Source: Sphingobacteriales bacterium (GTDB lineage: Bacteria > Bacteroidota > Bacteroidia > Chitinophagales > JADIYW01). Taken from it: 64,000 nucleotides of DNA. Positions 50,554-62,303 of this stretch are shown here, one piece after another; position 1 is the stretch's first letter, and the number at the start of each line of letters is the position of its first letter. The notes under the pieces were generated by a model that was not told where the DNA came from, did not search any database, and saw nothing but the letters and a program-made list of their open reading frames with translations. The stretch spans positions 2,488,721-2,552,720 of the forward strand of contig CP064984.1 in the NCBI GenBank assembly GCA_016699615.1, read 5' to 3'. The translations under genes were made by a program, and so were the position numbers.

Positions 50554-51579
50554 TTATTCTATATTAAAACTCTTTGTATAGGTTTCCCATTTTTGGAGCA
50601 ATTGCTCAAAGTTGTCTGGCAGCTTTTGTTCAAAATACATGTATTCTTTTGTAACTGGATGTATAAAGCCTATGCTCTGTGCATGTAATGCCTGAAATGG
50701 CATTAATTCAAGGCAATTTTGAATAAATTGTTTGTATTTGGTATAGACAGTGCCTGCTAGTATTTCGTGTCCACCATAGTCTTTATCGCCAAAGAGTGTA
50801 TGCCCAATATATTTTAAGTGTACTCTTATTTGGTGTGTTCTACCTGTTTCTAATTTGCATTTTATTAAGCTTACATAGCCATATCTTTTTATTACTTCAT
50901 AGTTGGTAGCTGCATATTTTCCTGTTCTTCCATCAGGTACTGTTATAAATAGTTTTCTATGATATGGATTTCTTGATATATTGCATTCTATCCTGCCTTT
51001 GTCTTGCTCAACATCACCCCAAACTAATGCTATATAATGTCTATTGATGGTTCTGTCGTAAAATTGTTTAGAAAGATGATTGATAGCATATTCAGTTTTT
51101 CCAATAACCATCAATCCTGTTGTATTTTTATCAATACGATGTACTAATCCAGGTCTTGTATCGCCAGTTGTTTGTGGTAAATCTTTGCAATGCCACAATA
51201 ATGCATGTGCTAATGTACCAGAGAAGTTTCCATGTCCTGGATGCACTACCATACCTACTGGCTTGTTGATAATCATGACATCGTCATCCTCATAAATAAT
51301 GTATAATGGAATTTCTTCTGCTTGTACTGTATATTCATAACTTGGATTTGGCAATACAATTTCTATTCTTTCGCCACCTTTTATCTTGTAATTTGCTTTT
51401 ATAATTTTATTATCTACAGAAATATTTCCAGCTTCTATAGCTTGTTGTACTTTGTTTCTTGATGCAAAACTTAGCTTTTCAGTAATGAATTTATCTATGC
51501 GTATTGGCTCTTGACCTTTGTCTATGTCAAATATAAAGTTCTTATATAGTTCGTCTTCTTCTTCGTCTGTGGTATGCAT
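50554..51579 (-). CDS. rluD: RluA/RluD family 23S rRNA pseudouridine synthase
   Basis: S4 domain N-terminus, catalytic HRIDKNTTGLMV, and GRTHQIRVHL. Confidence 0.88.
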   Translation of the reverse strand: MHTTDEEEDELYKNFIFDIDKGQEPIRIDKFITEKLSFASRNKVQQAIEAGNISVDNKIIKANYKIKGGERIEIVLPNPSYEYTVQAEEIPLYIIYEDDDVMIINKPVGMVVHPGHGNFSGTLAHALLWHCKDLPQTTGDTRPGLVHRIDKNTTGLMVIGKTEYAINHLSKQFYDRTINRHYIALVWGDVEQDKGRIECNISRNPYHRKLFITVPDGRTGKYAATNYEVIKRYGYVSLIKCKLETGRTHQIRVHLKYIGHTLFGDKDYGGHEILAGTVYTKYKQFIQNCLELMPFQALHAQSIGFIHPVTKEYMYFEQKLPDNFEQLLQKWETYTKSFNIE

Positions 51580-51584
51580 ATTTT

Positions 51585-52919
51585 TTAATATAATGGATGG
51601 AATAATAGGCGAGTACCTTTATGTGTTTCATTAAATACATCGTTGTGGAATATCAAATTTCCATTGACAAAAGTATGTGTCACTTTTCCTTTAAATGTTT
51701 TATTTTCTAATGGACTCCAATTGCATTTATATAGTATATTGTTTTTTGTGATTGTTTGTTCTTGATGTATGTCTACAATTGCAATGTCTGCAAAATAACC
51801 TTCTCTAATAAAACCTCGGTTTTGTATTCTAAAACAAATAGCAGGAGCGTGGCACATTTTTTCTATTATTTTTTCTAATGTTATTTTTTGTTGATGATAG
51901 AAATCTAGTAATAAACTTAAGCTATGTTGTACTAATGGTAACCCAGATGGTGCTTTTAAGTATGTGTTGTTTTTTTCTTCTAAGATATGTGGTGCATGGT
52001 CTGTTGCAACTACATCTAATTTGTCATCTAATAATGCATTAAATAGCGCATCTTTATCTGATTTGTATTTTATTGCTGGATTGCATTTAATTTTACTGCC
52101 TAATGTTGCATAGTCAGTCTCGTCAAAGTATAAATGATGTACACAAACTTCTGCTGTGATTTTTTGTCTTTTAATGGAATGTTGTTTTGAAATAAGGATA
52201 ATTCTTTTGCAGTGGAAATATGAAAAACGTGCAAACGTGTATTGTGTTTTTTTGCTAAGTCTGTTGCTAGTTTTGATGATATGTAGCACGCCTCATCATT
52301 CCTGATTATTGGATGATAATTCATTGGAATATTATCGCCAAATATACTATGGTAGTTTTGTGTGTTTTGTTTTATTGTTTGTTCGTCTTCGCAATGTGTT
52401 ACAACAACAGTTGGTGCATTGGCAAATATTTTAGATAATGTTGCTTCGTTGTCTACCAACATATTTCCTGTTGATGAACCCATAAAAGTTTTATAGCACC
52501 AATTTTTGTAGCATCAGTCTTCATGAGTTCATCGTAGTTATCATTAGTGCCACCCATAAAAAAGTATAGTTTGCCAATGATGTGTTGGCTGCAATTTGAT
52601 ATTTGTTTTCTAATAATTCTTGAGTTACAGCATTAGGTACAGTATTTGGCTGTTCCATAAATGATGTAACACCACCAGCAATTGCTGCTTTACTTTCTGT
52701 ATATATATTAGCTTTGTGTGTTAAGCCTGGTTCTCTAAAATGTACTTGGTCATCGATAATTCCAGGAATGATGTAGTTCTGTTGTGCATCAATTATTGTT
52801 GCATTAGGTTCATTGATGGTGGTATCAATTTTTTGTATGATTTGATTATTAATAAGGATTTCTTTTGCTTCTATTTTTCCTTCATTGACAATAAATCCGT
52901 TTTTAATAATATACTTCAT
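51585..52919 (-). pseudogene. pyrC: dihydroorotase split into three ORFs by three homopolymer frameshifts (52558-52563, 52484-52487, 52160-52165)
   Basis: PGIIDDQVHFREPG metal motif. Adding one base at each run restores ..NYTFFMGATNDNYDELMKTDATKIGAIKLFMGSSTGNML.. and ..PLKDKKITAEVCVHHLYF.. Confidence 0.8.
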
Positions 52920-52961
52920 TTGTTATAGATGATTGATTGCAAAAGTAAATGTATTTGTTGT

Positions 52962-52991
52962 AAAAAAAAAGTTAGTGCATATGCACTAACT
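52962..52991 (-). terminator. rho-independent terminator downstream of the OmpA-family gene
   Basis: 10-bp stem agttagtgca/tgcactaact with a 2-nt loop. On the minus strand a T9 run follows. Confidence 0.8.
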
Positions 52992-53020
52992 TTTAGAAAT
53001 ATTCAATTGATTGAAAGAAA

Positions 53021-54628
53021 TTATTCTCCTTCTTTCATATTTACTGGTTTAAAATCAACTCTTCTGTTTACTTGGTGCTCACTTTCGTTCTCAGCATTTT
53101 TTACAGTTGGGTCTATCATACCTAATGGTAGTTTTTTGAATCTACTTGCAGAGATACCAAAGTTTTTAACTAAGTAATTGATTGCAGAATTTACTCTGTT
53201 TTCCGATAGTTTTTTGTTGTATTCTAATGAACCTCTTGTGTCAGTATGTCCTTGAACTTCTACAATTAAGTCTGGTTTTTTCTTCATTACTAAAGCAACT
53301 TTTTTCAACTCAGTTGCACCAGCAGGTGTAATGGCGTATTTATTTAAGTCGAAGTAAATAGAAGTTAATTTCCATGTATCATCAGTTACTGTTTCTTTTA
53401 CAGTTTCTTTAATTGTTTCTATTGTATTAGTTTCAATTACTTTTTCTATTTTTTCTACAATTCTTGGTGTTGTGTCTATGATGTTTACACAATTCTCTAT
53501 TTTAATTCTAGGATTAGAATAAGGTTCTGGATCTTTGTGGTCTGGACAGCCATCGCCATCGCTATCTAAAGTTCTACCTTTTGTATCTACTTTTGCACCA
53601 AGTTCTGTGTTTGGCTCTTCATCAACAATATCCAATACTCCATCTTGGTCTGTATCTAACAATGGTGGTGGTGGTGCTGGTTTGTTTGCTTCTTGGTATA
53701 CCATTATCATTTCCATAGGATTTACCCATTCTACGTGTTCTTTTTGAGAACCAATTCTACCAAATTTGTAGGTTAGATTTACATTCATGTATAAGTAAGC
53801 ATCTCTGTTTATTTTCGATAATGAGTTTACTGTTTGACCTGTAAATGAATTGTGTGTAGATTGGAAATTAAAGGCATCTAATTTGTCTGAATTCATAAAT
53901 ACAAATGTTCCTTCTAAGCCTAAATCAAATGCTTTAGAAACTTTGAACTTCATTCCTGTTGTAATTGGAAATACTACTTCAGTAAATTTGTTGGTATAAC
54001 CTCTTGTATATGCACTACCATCAATCGTTTTGTCGTCGCTGGCATTGTATATGTTTGATTCGCCTCTCCAAAATCCTACACCTATTTTATTGTACAGTGC
54101 AAAGATTCTTGGTTTTACTGGTTTATTTTTTATTTGAGACTTGATGAATTTATTATATCCAAATGAAAGTCCTAACCAATCTATGTAAAAGTTTATTGTT
54201 CCTTGATGAAAAACATTTGTTCTAAAATATACTGGTTCATTGAAGCCTAATTGTTTCCAATATTGTCTGTCCTCAGCAAATCCTCCTTCTTCAATTGTTC
54301 TTCCTGAAACTCTACCTAAGGTATAATCTAAGTTGATACCAAAGGCTGAACCAAACATTTTGGTAATTCCTATTCCTGCGCCCCATTGCAGTTCACTTGG
54401 TTTTTTTGTTTGTCTTACCCAGTCATAACTTCTAATGTCTGTGAATGGCGAAGTGGCACCACCATGTATGATTAATGCCCAATCTTTTAGATATTTTTTT
54501 GTTTCTAGTTTGTATAATGACTTTGTCTTTTTTACATCGTTTTTATCTTTTAAGGCTACTTGCACGTTCTCATTTGCAAAAGTAAAACCTGAAAAAAGAA
54601 TTAGCATTAAATAAATTATTTGTTTCAT
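53021..54628 (-). CDS. OmpA family outer-membrane protein with thrombospondin type-3 (calcium-binding) repeats
   Basis: Signal peptide and beta-barrel-like N-terminal half, DTDQDGVLD and DSDGDGCPDHKD repeats, and a C-terminal OmpA domain (GHTDTRGS..YNKKLSENR...NRRVDF). Confidence 0.88.
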   Translation of the reverse strand: MKQIIYLMLILFSGFTFANENVQVALKDKNDVKKTKSLYKLETKKYLKDWALIIHGGATSPFTDIRSYDWVRQTKKPSELQWGAGIGITKMFGSAFGINLDYTLGRVSGRTIEEGGFAEDRQYWKQLGFNEPVYFRTNVFHQGTINFYIDWLGLSFGYNKFIKSQIKNKPVKPRIFALYNKIGVGFWRGESNIYNASDDKTIDGSAYTRGYTNKFTEVVFPITTGMKFKVSKAFDLGLEGTFVFMNSDKLDAFNFQSTHNSFTGQTVNSLSKINRDAYLYMNVNLTYKFGRIGSQKEHVEWVNPMEMIMVYQEANKPAPPPPLLDTDQDGVLDIVDEEPNTELGAKVDTKGRTLDSDGDGCPDHKDPEPYSNPRIKIENCVNIIDTTPRIVEKIEKVIETNTIETIKETVKETVTDDTWKLTSIYFDLNKYAITPAGATELKKVALVMKKKPDLIVEVQGHTDTRGSLEYNKKLSENRVNSAINYLVKNFGISASRFKKLPLGMIDPTVKNAENESEHQVNRRVDFKPVNMKEGE

Positions 54629-54689
54629 AAGGAATAATTTTATACGAAGATATTAAAAAATTAGTATTAATTAACTAATGTTCTGATTA

Positions 54690-55931
54690 TTATTTTTCTA
54701 TATAGTCTAAATTTTTCCCGAATGTTTCGTCAATTCTTGTCCATGCTAATAATGCCAATCCAATACATATGATTCCAACAAGTATATTTGCGTACATTGT
54801 TGAGCCTGTAGAACTTTTGAAAGTTACGTACAGGAAGTTGATAATAATTACAAATCCGCGTACGAAGTTTGGTGCTGTATTGGTTACTGTAGAACGTATA
54901 TTGATACCAAATGATTCTGATGCTGTACTCATAAATACTGCCCAATAGCCAATTCCAAATCCTAAAAGGAAAATCATACTATAAAAAATAGTAAAACTCA
55001 GATGTGCAATTTGCCAAAATATGATGATAAATATTATTAGCATACATAAATATGTAATTATGGCTTTTTTTCTACTTTTTACAATATTTGAAAATATGCC
55101 ACAACTTACATCACCTAAGGTTAGTCCTGAATATACTGCCATGATTGCGTAGACAGCGACGTCTTTCTTGTTGGTAACTACTAACCCAATTGCTTCTGCT
55201 AATTCTGGTGCATATTTTGAATATAATTGCACGATATACCAAATTGGAACTGCAATTAGTATGATTGAAATGTATTTTATAAATGTTTCTCTGTCTTTTA
55301 CTAAAATCTTTAAATCGCCTAGTTGGTTTGATTTTTCTTTTGCTGCTTGGTACATGCCTGATTCGTAGACAGAAACTCTTAATAATAATAGTGCTACACC
55401 CATAATGCCTCCAATTAGGTAACACATTCTCCAATCTTTTATCCATAGCACTAATAAACAGCCTAATACTGCGCCTAAAACACCAAAACCTGCTACAAAT
55501 GCAGTGGCAATACCTCTTTTTTCTTTATTCAAAGATTCGTTGACTAAGGTAATACCTGCACCTAATTCACCAGCTAACCCAAAGCCTGCTATTAATCTTA
55601 GAATTGCATATTGCGTAGTGTTTTCGATGTATGCATTAAGAATATTTGCAATAGAATATACTAATATAGAACCAAACAATACAGAAAGCCTACCTTTTTT
55701 ATCTCCAATAATGCCCCAAGTTAGTCCACCAAGTAGCATGCCAATCATCTGTAAATTGTCTAATCTTATTCCTACACTTTCTAGGTTGGTATCTGTAATG
55801 CCTAAATCTTGTAAGCTAGAAATTCTAACCATACCAAATAGTAGTAAATCAAATACATCTACGAAGTATCCAAGTGCAGCAACAATAATTAATAGCGTTA
55901 CATTTTTTTGTTTATTCTGTTGGTCTTCCAT
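54690..55931 (-). CDS. MFS transporter
   Basis: About 12 transmembrane segments with the loop 2-3 motif GIIGDKKGR. Confidence 0.75.
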   Translation of the reverse strand: MEDQQNKQKNVTLLIIVAALGYFVDVFDLLLFGMVRISSLQDLGITDTNLESVGIRLDNLQMIGMLLGGLTWGIIGDKKGRLSVLFGSILVYSIANILNAYIENTTQYAILRLIAGFGLAGELGAGITLVNESLNKEKRGIATAFVAGFGVLGAVLGCLLVLWIKDWRMCYLIGGIMGVALLLLRVSVYESGMYQAAKEKSNQLGDLKILVKDRETFIKYISIILIAVPIWYIVQLYSKYAPELAEAIGLVVTNKKDVAVYAIMAVYSGLTLGDVSCGIFSNIVKSRKKAIITYLCMLIIFIIIFWQIAHLSFTIFYSMIFLLGFGIGYWAVFMSTASESFGINIRSTVTNTAPNFVRGFVIIINFLYVTFKSSTGSTMYANILVGIICIGLALLAWTRIDETFGKNLDYIEK

Positions 55932-56946
55932 CTTTCTTAATTGCCATTTTAATGATTTCTATATAGTTTGGTTTTAGTAATGCATGTTTGTAGAATCCTC
56001 TTTCTTTAATCATTTTATGCATTGTTGGTGTATTGTAGCTTGGTATGTTTTGCAAAAAATGATGTTCTAAATGGTAATTTACATTTAGTGGTGCGAATAA
56101 TATTTTTTCGATAAAGTTTGCATAAGTGGTTCTGGTGTTTTTGTATGGGTCGCTGGTGTCTTCGACTACACTATGCTCAGCAATAGAACGTACTCTTAAA
56201 CAAAAATTGTATGTTGTAAGCATGGCTGCAATCCATAGTAAATATAAATATGGTTTTCCAATAAAAAATAGAATTAAAAACATTGTAAGATTTACAATGA
56301 TTGGTCCTCTTAAATTATAATAGGCATTGCTAAATATTTGCTTCCATGTTCTTTCTTCTTTAGGTATTTTTTCAATTAAGTTTCCAAGGTTGTATTTTAG
56401 AAATCCTAAATGCATTGCCATTAATCCAAACTCAGTTTTAATACCAGTTAGTCCGATTAAATCTCTTACAAATTTTCTAAGTAGGCTTAACATTTTGGTA
56501 GGGTAGGCTTTTACTAAGTTTAAGTCTGGATCTTCGTAGGTGCCAGTTGCTAAATGATGTTGGAAATGGTATGGTCTGTATTGTTCTACATTATGAAAGA
56601 TTGGATAGGCACCAAATATGTTTCCAATCCAATTGTTTAGTTTTTTTGTTGTGAATAATGAATAATGTGATGCATCGTGCATGATGATGGCGCAACCTAA
56701 CTGTTTGCCACCAAGTATGAATAATGCAATTATAATAGTGAATATATTTGGAAATATTGCCACTAAAGCAAAAGCGAAAATTATCCAAAGCCAAACAGAG
56801 AGTATTGATAGTGTGGCTCTGAAATTTGATTTTGCATGAAGTTTTTTTATTTCTTCTTTGGATAGATATTCATTTATAATCTGTTTGTATTTAAGTGCCT
56901 GATTGTTTTCTGGTAACACACTTATATTCCAATAGTTTCTTTCCAT
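55912..56946 (-). CDS. membrane fatty acid desaturase
   Basis: Three His boxes: HDASH, HFQHH and HLEHH. Confidence 0.88.
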   Translation of the reverse strand: MERNYWNISVLPENNQALKYKQIINEYLSKEEIKKLHAKSNFRATLSILSVWLWIIFAFALVAIFPNIFTIIIALFILGGKQLGCAIIMHDASHYSLFTTKKLNNWIGNIFGAYPIFHNVEQYRPYHFQHHLATGTYEDPDLNLVKAYPTKMLSLLRKFVRDLIGLTGIKTEFGLMAMHLGFLKYNLGNLIEKIPKEERTWKQIFSNAYYNLRGPIIVNLTMFLILFFIGKPYLYLLWIAAMLTTYNFCLRVRSIAEHSVVEDTSDPYKNTRTTYANFIEKILFAPLNVNYHLEHHFLQNIPSYNTPTMHKMIKERGFYKHALLKPNYIEIIKMAIKKDGRPTE

Positions 56947-56996
56947 TTGTTACCAAATATAAGAAATCTATGTGATTGACAAAAGTATCTTAAGTA

Positions 56997-57861
56997 TTAA
57001 TTCAAAGATTTATAAATGGTATAAGCACTTGTGATTATTATTAATATACCTACTGATCTTAGAATTGTTTTTGGTTGTAAGAATTTTAAGATAAATGCTC
57101 CAATTGGTGCAGCAATTACGCCACCTAAAATTAATGCTAAAACTGGTTTCCAAGAATCAATGCCTAAGAAATAAATAAATATTCCTGTGCTTGTAAATGT
57201 TACAAAAAATTCTGCTGTATTTACTGTACCTATTACTTCACGTGGTGAGTTTCCTTTGTCTATTAAATTTGAAGATACAATTGGTCCCCAACCACCACCA
57301 CCAATGGTATCGAAGAAAGCACCAATAAAACCTAAGATAGGTGCAAATCGCCAATTGCTCTGTTTTGCTGTAAAGTTTCTAAAACTTTTGATTAGGATAA
57401 ATATTCCAAGTATAAGTAAATATGCTGCAACATATGGTTTTACAGTTTTACCATCAAATACTTTTGAAATAAGATAGGTTCCAATAATTGCACCTAAAAC
57501 GCCTGTGAATACTAATTTAAAAAATAATTTTTTATCTATGTTTTTCATAAATATATGTGATAAGCCAGAAACACCTGTTGTAAATACTTCTGCTGTATGT
57601 ACACTTGCTGAGACAATTGCTGGCGACACCTATTGTAAGTAATAGCGTAGAACAACTTACACCATATGCCATACCTAATGCACCATCTATTATTTGTGCT
57701 GTAAATCCTGCTAAAACTAATAATACAAATTCTCTATCTATAGAAAATGTGAGTAATGGATTTGGTGATGTATGAAATATTTTATACAACAAATATCCAA
57801 TTAAGCTGAATTTTAGTAGAAGTATAATGCCTGCTACGTATTTAAAATTTGTTTTTTCCAT
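56997..57861 (-). CDS. sulfite exporter TauE/SafE family permease (frame break near 57622-57632)
   Basis: Two overlapping ORFs together give a TauE-like protein of about 8 transmembrane segments. ..LLLTIGV then SPAIVSASVHTAEVF is read in the next frame. This break is not in a homopolymer. Confidence 0.7.
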
Positions 57862-57868
57862 GTTGTTA

Positions 57869-58633
57869 TTATTTAGATTTATCTTTTTTATTAATAGTAA
57901 AATTATTATAGAATGTACACCTTAGAATTTGTCTGTTATAAAAATCTGTACCGTTTGCTCTTTGTTGTAACCAATTGAAATAACTCATTTCTAATCCAAA
58001 CATTTTATTGAAATTGTAACGTACTGCAACTCCAACTCTATTTTGATCGAAAATATTGTTTTGTATATTTTTTCCTGCATTGATAAGAATTTCATCAAAC
58101 ACACTTAGTCGTAATTCTTTTTCTTCTTTTTTGAATGGAATATAGGTTAATGCAATTTGATATCTAAATCTAAATGTGTGCTTGTAACCGGATTCTAATG
58201 CTGTATATTCTTTGTTTGTGTTATGAATAAATCTACTTTCTGCTCTGTATCTATGTTGTATTGAAAATTTATCACTTATTTTTTGTTGATTTGATATTTC
58301 TAATTGTGTTCGCCATTCTGGAGCTACTAAATTTGTGTTTGATAATTCATTATTACTGCTTGCCCAGAAATTTACGAACCCAAGTCCAATGTTCCAATTT
58401 TTCGGAAATTGTTTGTCTACAGAAATTCTATAAATAAATTGATGTTGCTTGATGTTTTTAGTCATAAAAAACCTTTCTTCTGTTTCTGCTTTCAATAAGA
58501 ACTTTTTTGGTAGTTGTATTTGTGCATTGTATCTAAGCCAGACCAAACTCTGGTTGGTTTTATTTTTTGCAAACATATTCGTATTTAATTGTAAGAATAT
58601 GATTGTAACTAAAATTATTTTGCTCTTTGCCAT
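57869..58633 (-). CDS. DUF2490-like outer-membrane beta-barrel protein
   Basis: Signal peptide, alternating beta pattern, aromatic C-terminus. Family call tentative. Confidence 0.45.
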   Translation of the reverse strand: MAKSKIILVTIIFLQLNTNMFAKNKTNQSLVWLRYNAQIQLPKKFLLKAETEERFFMTKNIKQHQFIYRISVDKQFPKNWNIGLGFVNFWASSNNELSNTNLVAPEWRTQLEISNQQKISDKFSIQHRYRAESRFIHNTNKEYTALESGYKHTFRFRYQIALTYIPFKKEEKELRLSVFDEILINAGKNIQNNIFDQNRVGVAVRYNFNKMFGLEMSYFNWLQQRANGTDFYNRQILRCTFYNNFTINKKDKSK

Positions 58634-58736
58634 GTTACAAAACTACATAATCTATTGTGTATATAGACTATGTAGTAATATTATTAATATTAATTTAAAA
58701 TTGAAATTATTTATTATTAAATAAAATAGTATTTGT

Positions 58737-60019
58737 TTATTCTTTTTTGAATTTTAGAATGTCTTCTTTTATTTGGTAGTTCCAAATTGTATTGCCATTA
58801 TTATCTTTAATTTCTAATGTACACGTTCTATAGTTGTGTATGCCAGCAATTGATATTTTAGCATAATTATAATCTGAATAATATGAGTTTGCATAGTTTG
58901 GATTTATTGCTTCTTCTGCTTTGCTTTTCTTGACTGGATACATACTTAATGGTGATATTGTAAAATCATATAATGGATACAAATCAGCATATGATTTTTT
59001 ATTTAATTCTGAAAAATGTCTATCGCCACTTAGAAATAAAATGCCTTCAATTTTATTGTCTTTAATAAATTGCAATAGTTCTTCGTATTCTTTTTTAGCT
59101 TGATAAAAACTTTCCTTTTCTTGGTATGGATTGATAGCTTGCATGCCAAGCCCAATAATTTTGAATGTTGCATCTGATTGTTGAAGCATTGTTTTTAACC
59201 ATTGGAGTTGTTGTTTGCCTAAGATGCTAGAGTTATCTTCTGTTTTGTAAAATCTATTATCTAACATAAAAATTGCACATCACTTTTTTTAAATGTGTAA
59301 TAGTTAAAAGAATCATTTTCAGGATTGCACCAAAATTGTTTAAACACATTTAATGATGAATTTTTGTTTTTAAAATCTGATCCACTGTTGTTTGAACCAT
59401 AATCATGATCGTCCCAAATAGAATATTGTTGTTTGGAACTTATGAAATGATTTAGCTGTTCGTTATGTCTTACATTTATATTTCTTTTTAATTGCTTTTT
59501 GTATGATTTATATTCAAAGATATAATATACATTATCACCTAACCAAAGCATCAGATTTGCTGTGTCTTTCGCCATGGCATCAAAAATCTTTAGATTATTG
59601 AATGGTTTTACTAATTTATTTATTCCTGTTCCAATAAATGCACATGAGCCAGCTAGAAATGAAATATCTTCAAGTGTATTGTCATCTGTCTTACCTTGAA
59701 GTAAATATGTGTAATTTATTTTATCTAATGAATAATAAAAGTTGTAATTTGTATTTTTGGATAAGTTCTCAAAAATTATATTGACAGGAAAGAAATTTTT
59801 GTAGCTAGTACTCTTATCAAAGTACATAGTTTTTGATTGAATGAATTGGTTGTTGCTATCAGTTATTTTTATAGATACACTGTCTATGTTTTTAAACATA
59901 CACCACATATGTATTGTGTTTGTATCTGTATGTGCAATAAATCCATTAGAAATTAATTTTTGTGCTTCAACATAATTTGATGCCAATAAAAGCAACAGAA
60001 AAATTAATCTACAATGCAT
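58737..60019 (-). CDS. PhoD-like alkaline phosphatase D family metallophosphatase (frameshift at 59268-59272)
   Basis: IWDDHDYGSNN and LSGDRHFSE motifs. One extra T in the minus-strand T5 run gives ..DVQFFMLDNRFY.. Confidence 0.75.
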
Positions 60020-61216
60020 CTATATTTTTATTTCTCTGATGTATGTATCAAGGTCTTTGTCGCCTCTTCCAGAAAGATTTAATACAACAGTATCGTTTTG
60101 TGTTGCACCAATTCTATCTAAAACGGCAATGGCATGTGCACTTTCTAAAGCTGGAATAATGCCTTCTAATCTTGTTAATAATAAAACTGCATCTAATGCT
60201 TCTTGGTCTGTAGCTGATAGAAATTTTGCTCTACCAATATCAAATAAATGTGCATGTATTGGTCCAATTCCTGGATAGTCTAAGCCAGCAGAAATTGAAT
60301 GTGGTTCTACAACTTGTCCATCTTCTGTTTGCATAAATAATGTTTTGCTACTGTGTAAAACACCAGGTTTCCCAAGCACTGTAGTTGCTGCGCTTTTTCC
60401 AGAATTTATTCCTTCGCCAGCTGCTTCAACAGCAATAAGTTGTACCTCTTTATGATCTAAAAAATGATAGAAAGCACCAGCTGCATTGCTACCACCACCA
60501 ACACAAGCAACCACAAAATCTGGATTTTCTTTTCCTGTTTTTTCTATTAGTTGTGCTTTCATTTCTTCAGAAATAACACTTTGAAATCTTGCTACCATAT
60601 CAGGAAATGGATGTGGACCAACAACACTACCAATGATATAATGCGTATCTGTTGGATTTGCAATCCAATCGCGCATAGCTTCGTTTGTAGCATCTTTCAA
60701 TGTTTTACTTCCACTAGTTGCTGGTCTTACCTCTGCACCAAGCATTTGCATACGTTTTACATTTGGCGCTTGTCTTGCAATATCTACTTCGCCCATGTAT
60801 ACTACGCAAGGTAAATTCATTAACGCACATACTGTTGCTGTTGCAACGCCATGTTGTCCTGCACCAGTTTCTGCAATAATTCTCTTTTTGCCCAATTTTT
60901 TAGCTAATAGAATCTGACCTATGGTATTATTTATTTTATGTGCACCTGTGTGACATAAATCTTCTCTTTTTAAATATATATTAGTATTGAATTTTTCACT
61001 TAGTCTTTTTGCAAAATAAAGTGGTGTAGGTCTTCCAACATAATCTTTGAGTAATGATTTGAATTCTTTCTGAAATTCATCAGCATAAATAATTTTCAAA
61101 TAATTGTTTTGCAATTCTTCAATGTTTTTGTGTAACATTTCTGGTATATACGCACCACCAAATTTTCCGTAGTATCCAAATTTATCTGGTTGGTATACTG
61201 TTGTTATTGTATTCAT
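60020..61216 (-). CDS. trpB: tryptophan synthase beta chain
   Basis: PLP-lysine motif HTGAHKINN plus GGGSNAAG. 398 aa. Confidence 0.95.
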   Translation of the reverse strand: MNTITTVYQPDKFGYYGKFGGAYIPEMLHKNIEELQNNYLKIIYADEFQKEFKSLLKDYVGRPTPLYFAKRLSEKFNTNIYLKREDLCHTGAHKINNTIGQILLAKKLGKKRIIAETGAGQHGVATATVCALMNLPCVVYMGEVDIARQAPNVKRMQMLGAEVRPATSGSKTLKDATNEAMRDWIANPTDTHYIIGSVVGPHPFPDMVARFQSVISEEMKAQLIEKTGKENPDFVVACVGGGSNAAGAFYHFLDHKEVQLIAVEAAGEGINSGKSAATTVLGKPGVLHSSKTLFMQTEDGQVVEPHSISAGLDYPGIGPIHAHLFDIGRAKFLSATDQEALDAVLLLTRLEGIIPALESAHAIAVLDRIGATQNDTVVLNLSGRGDKDLDTYIREIKI

Positions 61217-61327
61217 ATTTATTATATATTTGATAAATTTTTTGTATATTGTTTTGTCTACGTAACAAATTAATTACTTTTTTGAAAAAAAGCATTATCA
61301 TATTCATCAAATAATGATTAAATAAAA

Positions 61328-62259
61328 TTAATAGATTTCTAGAGAATCTTTGTGGTCTTGTGATGTATATAAGTAAAAAGCTTTTACAAAGTCTCCAATT
61401 TTATGTATTGATTCATTTGCTTCAGGCATTAATCCACCTAAATATTGAAAAACATGCATTTGATTTTTAAAGATTTCGAACTCAACTTTTACACCTGCAT
61501 TATTCATTTTTTTGCTAATCGAGTAGAATCATCTAATAGTACTTCGTTTCCACCAACATGTATGAGTGTTGTTGGGAAATTTTGGAAATCGCAAAGCAGT
61601 GGAGAAATTAATGGATCTGATGGATTTGAATCTTGTACATATTTTTTAGCAAAGAAATTTAATAGGTGTGGAGCAATCAATGGGTCTTTGTCTGCTTTTT
61701 TTTGAATACTATCACCACTCATTGTTAAGTCTGTCCATGGAGAAAGTAGAACTAATGCAGCAGGCATTGGTAGATTAAGCATTTTTATTTTTTGTGTTAA
61801 TGCTAATGCTAGTCCACCACCAGCAGAATCGCCACTTAGAATAATATTTTCATATCCATCTTTTAGCATTTGTTGGTACACATCTAGCACATCATTAAGT
61901 GCAGCTGGGTAAGGATGTTCTGGTGCTTTTCTATAATTTGGTGCTAAAACTTTATAGCCAGTTGCTCTTGCAATTCTTCCAATTAATGCTTTGTGTGTAT
62001 TGTATGAACCTGCACAATAGCCACCACCATGTATGTATAATAATACTCTTGATTTTCCGTAACCATTGGGTGTGAACCACGCAGCTGGTAGATTTGCATA
62101 TTCGGTGTGCTCAATTTTTACAAATCTCGGAAATTTGATGATGTTTGCTAATCTTTCGAAGTTTTTTCTATGTGTTGTTGTTTCTGTTTTTTGAATAAAC
62201 AAACCATTCCTAGCTATATTTACGATAGATTGTACTGTTAAACTTTGCAGACTTTGCAT
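61328..62259 (-). CDS. alpha/beta hydrolase, HSL-type esterase/lipase (frameshift at 61506-61512)
   Basis: HGGGY oxyanion motif and GDSAGG nucleophile elbow. The C-terminal catalytic His segment (..FKNQMHVFQ..) is readable in the next frame after the homopolymer. Confidence 0.8.
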
Positions 62260-62303
62260 CAGTAGATAAATTGATTAACATTAAATTGATAATTATAAGT
62301 TTA

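Noticed and set aside
51585-52919. Genuine reductive-evolution pseudogenes (endosymbiont-like decay) as the explanation for the split pyrC, dapB, coaD and ilvC
   Set aside because: The breaks are single-base undercalls in homopolymers, and the flanking codons are perfectly conserved with no other lesions. The genome retains large adhesins, T9SS and biosynthetic genes. Sequencing error is the more economical explanation, though this remains unverified.
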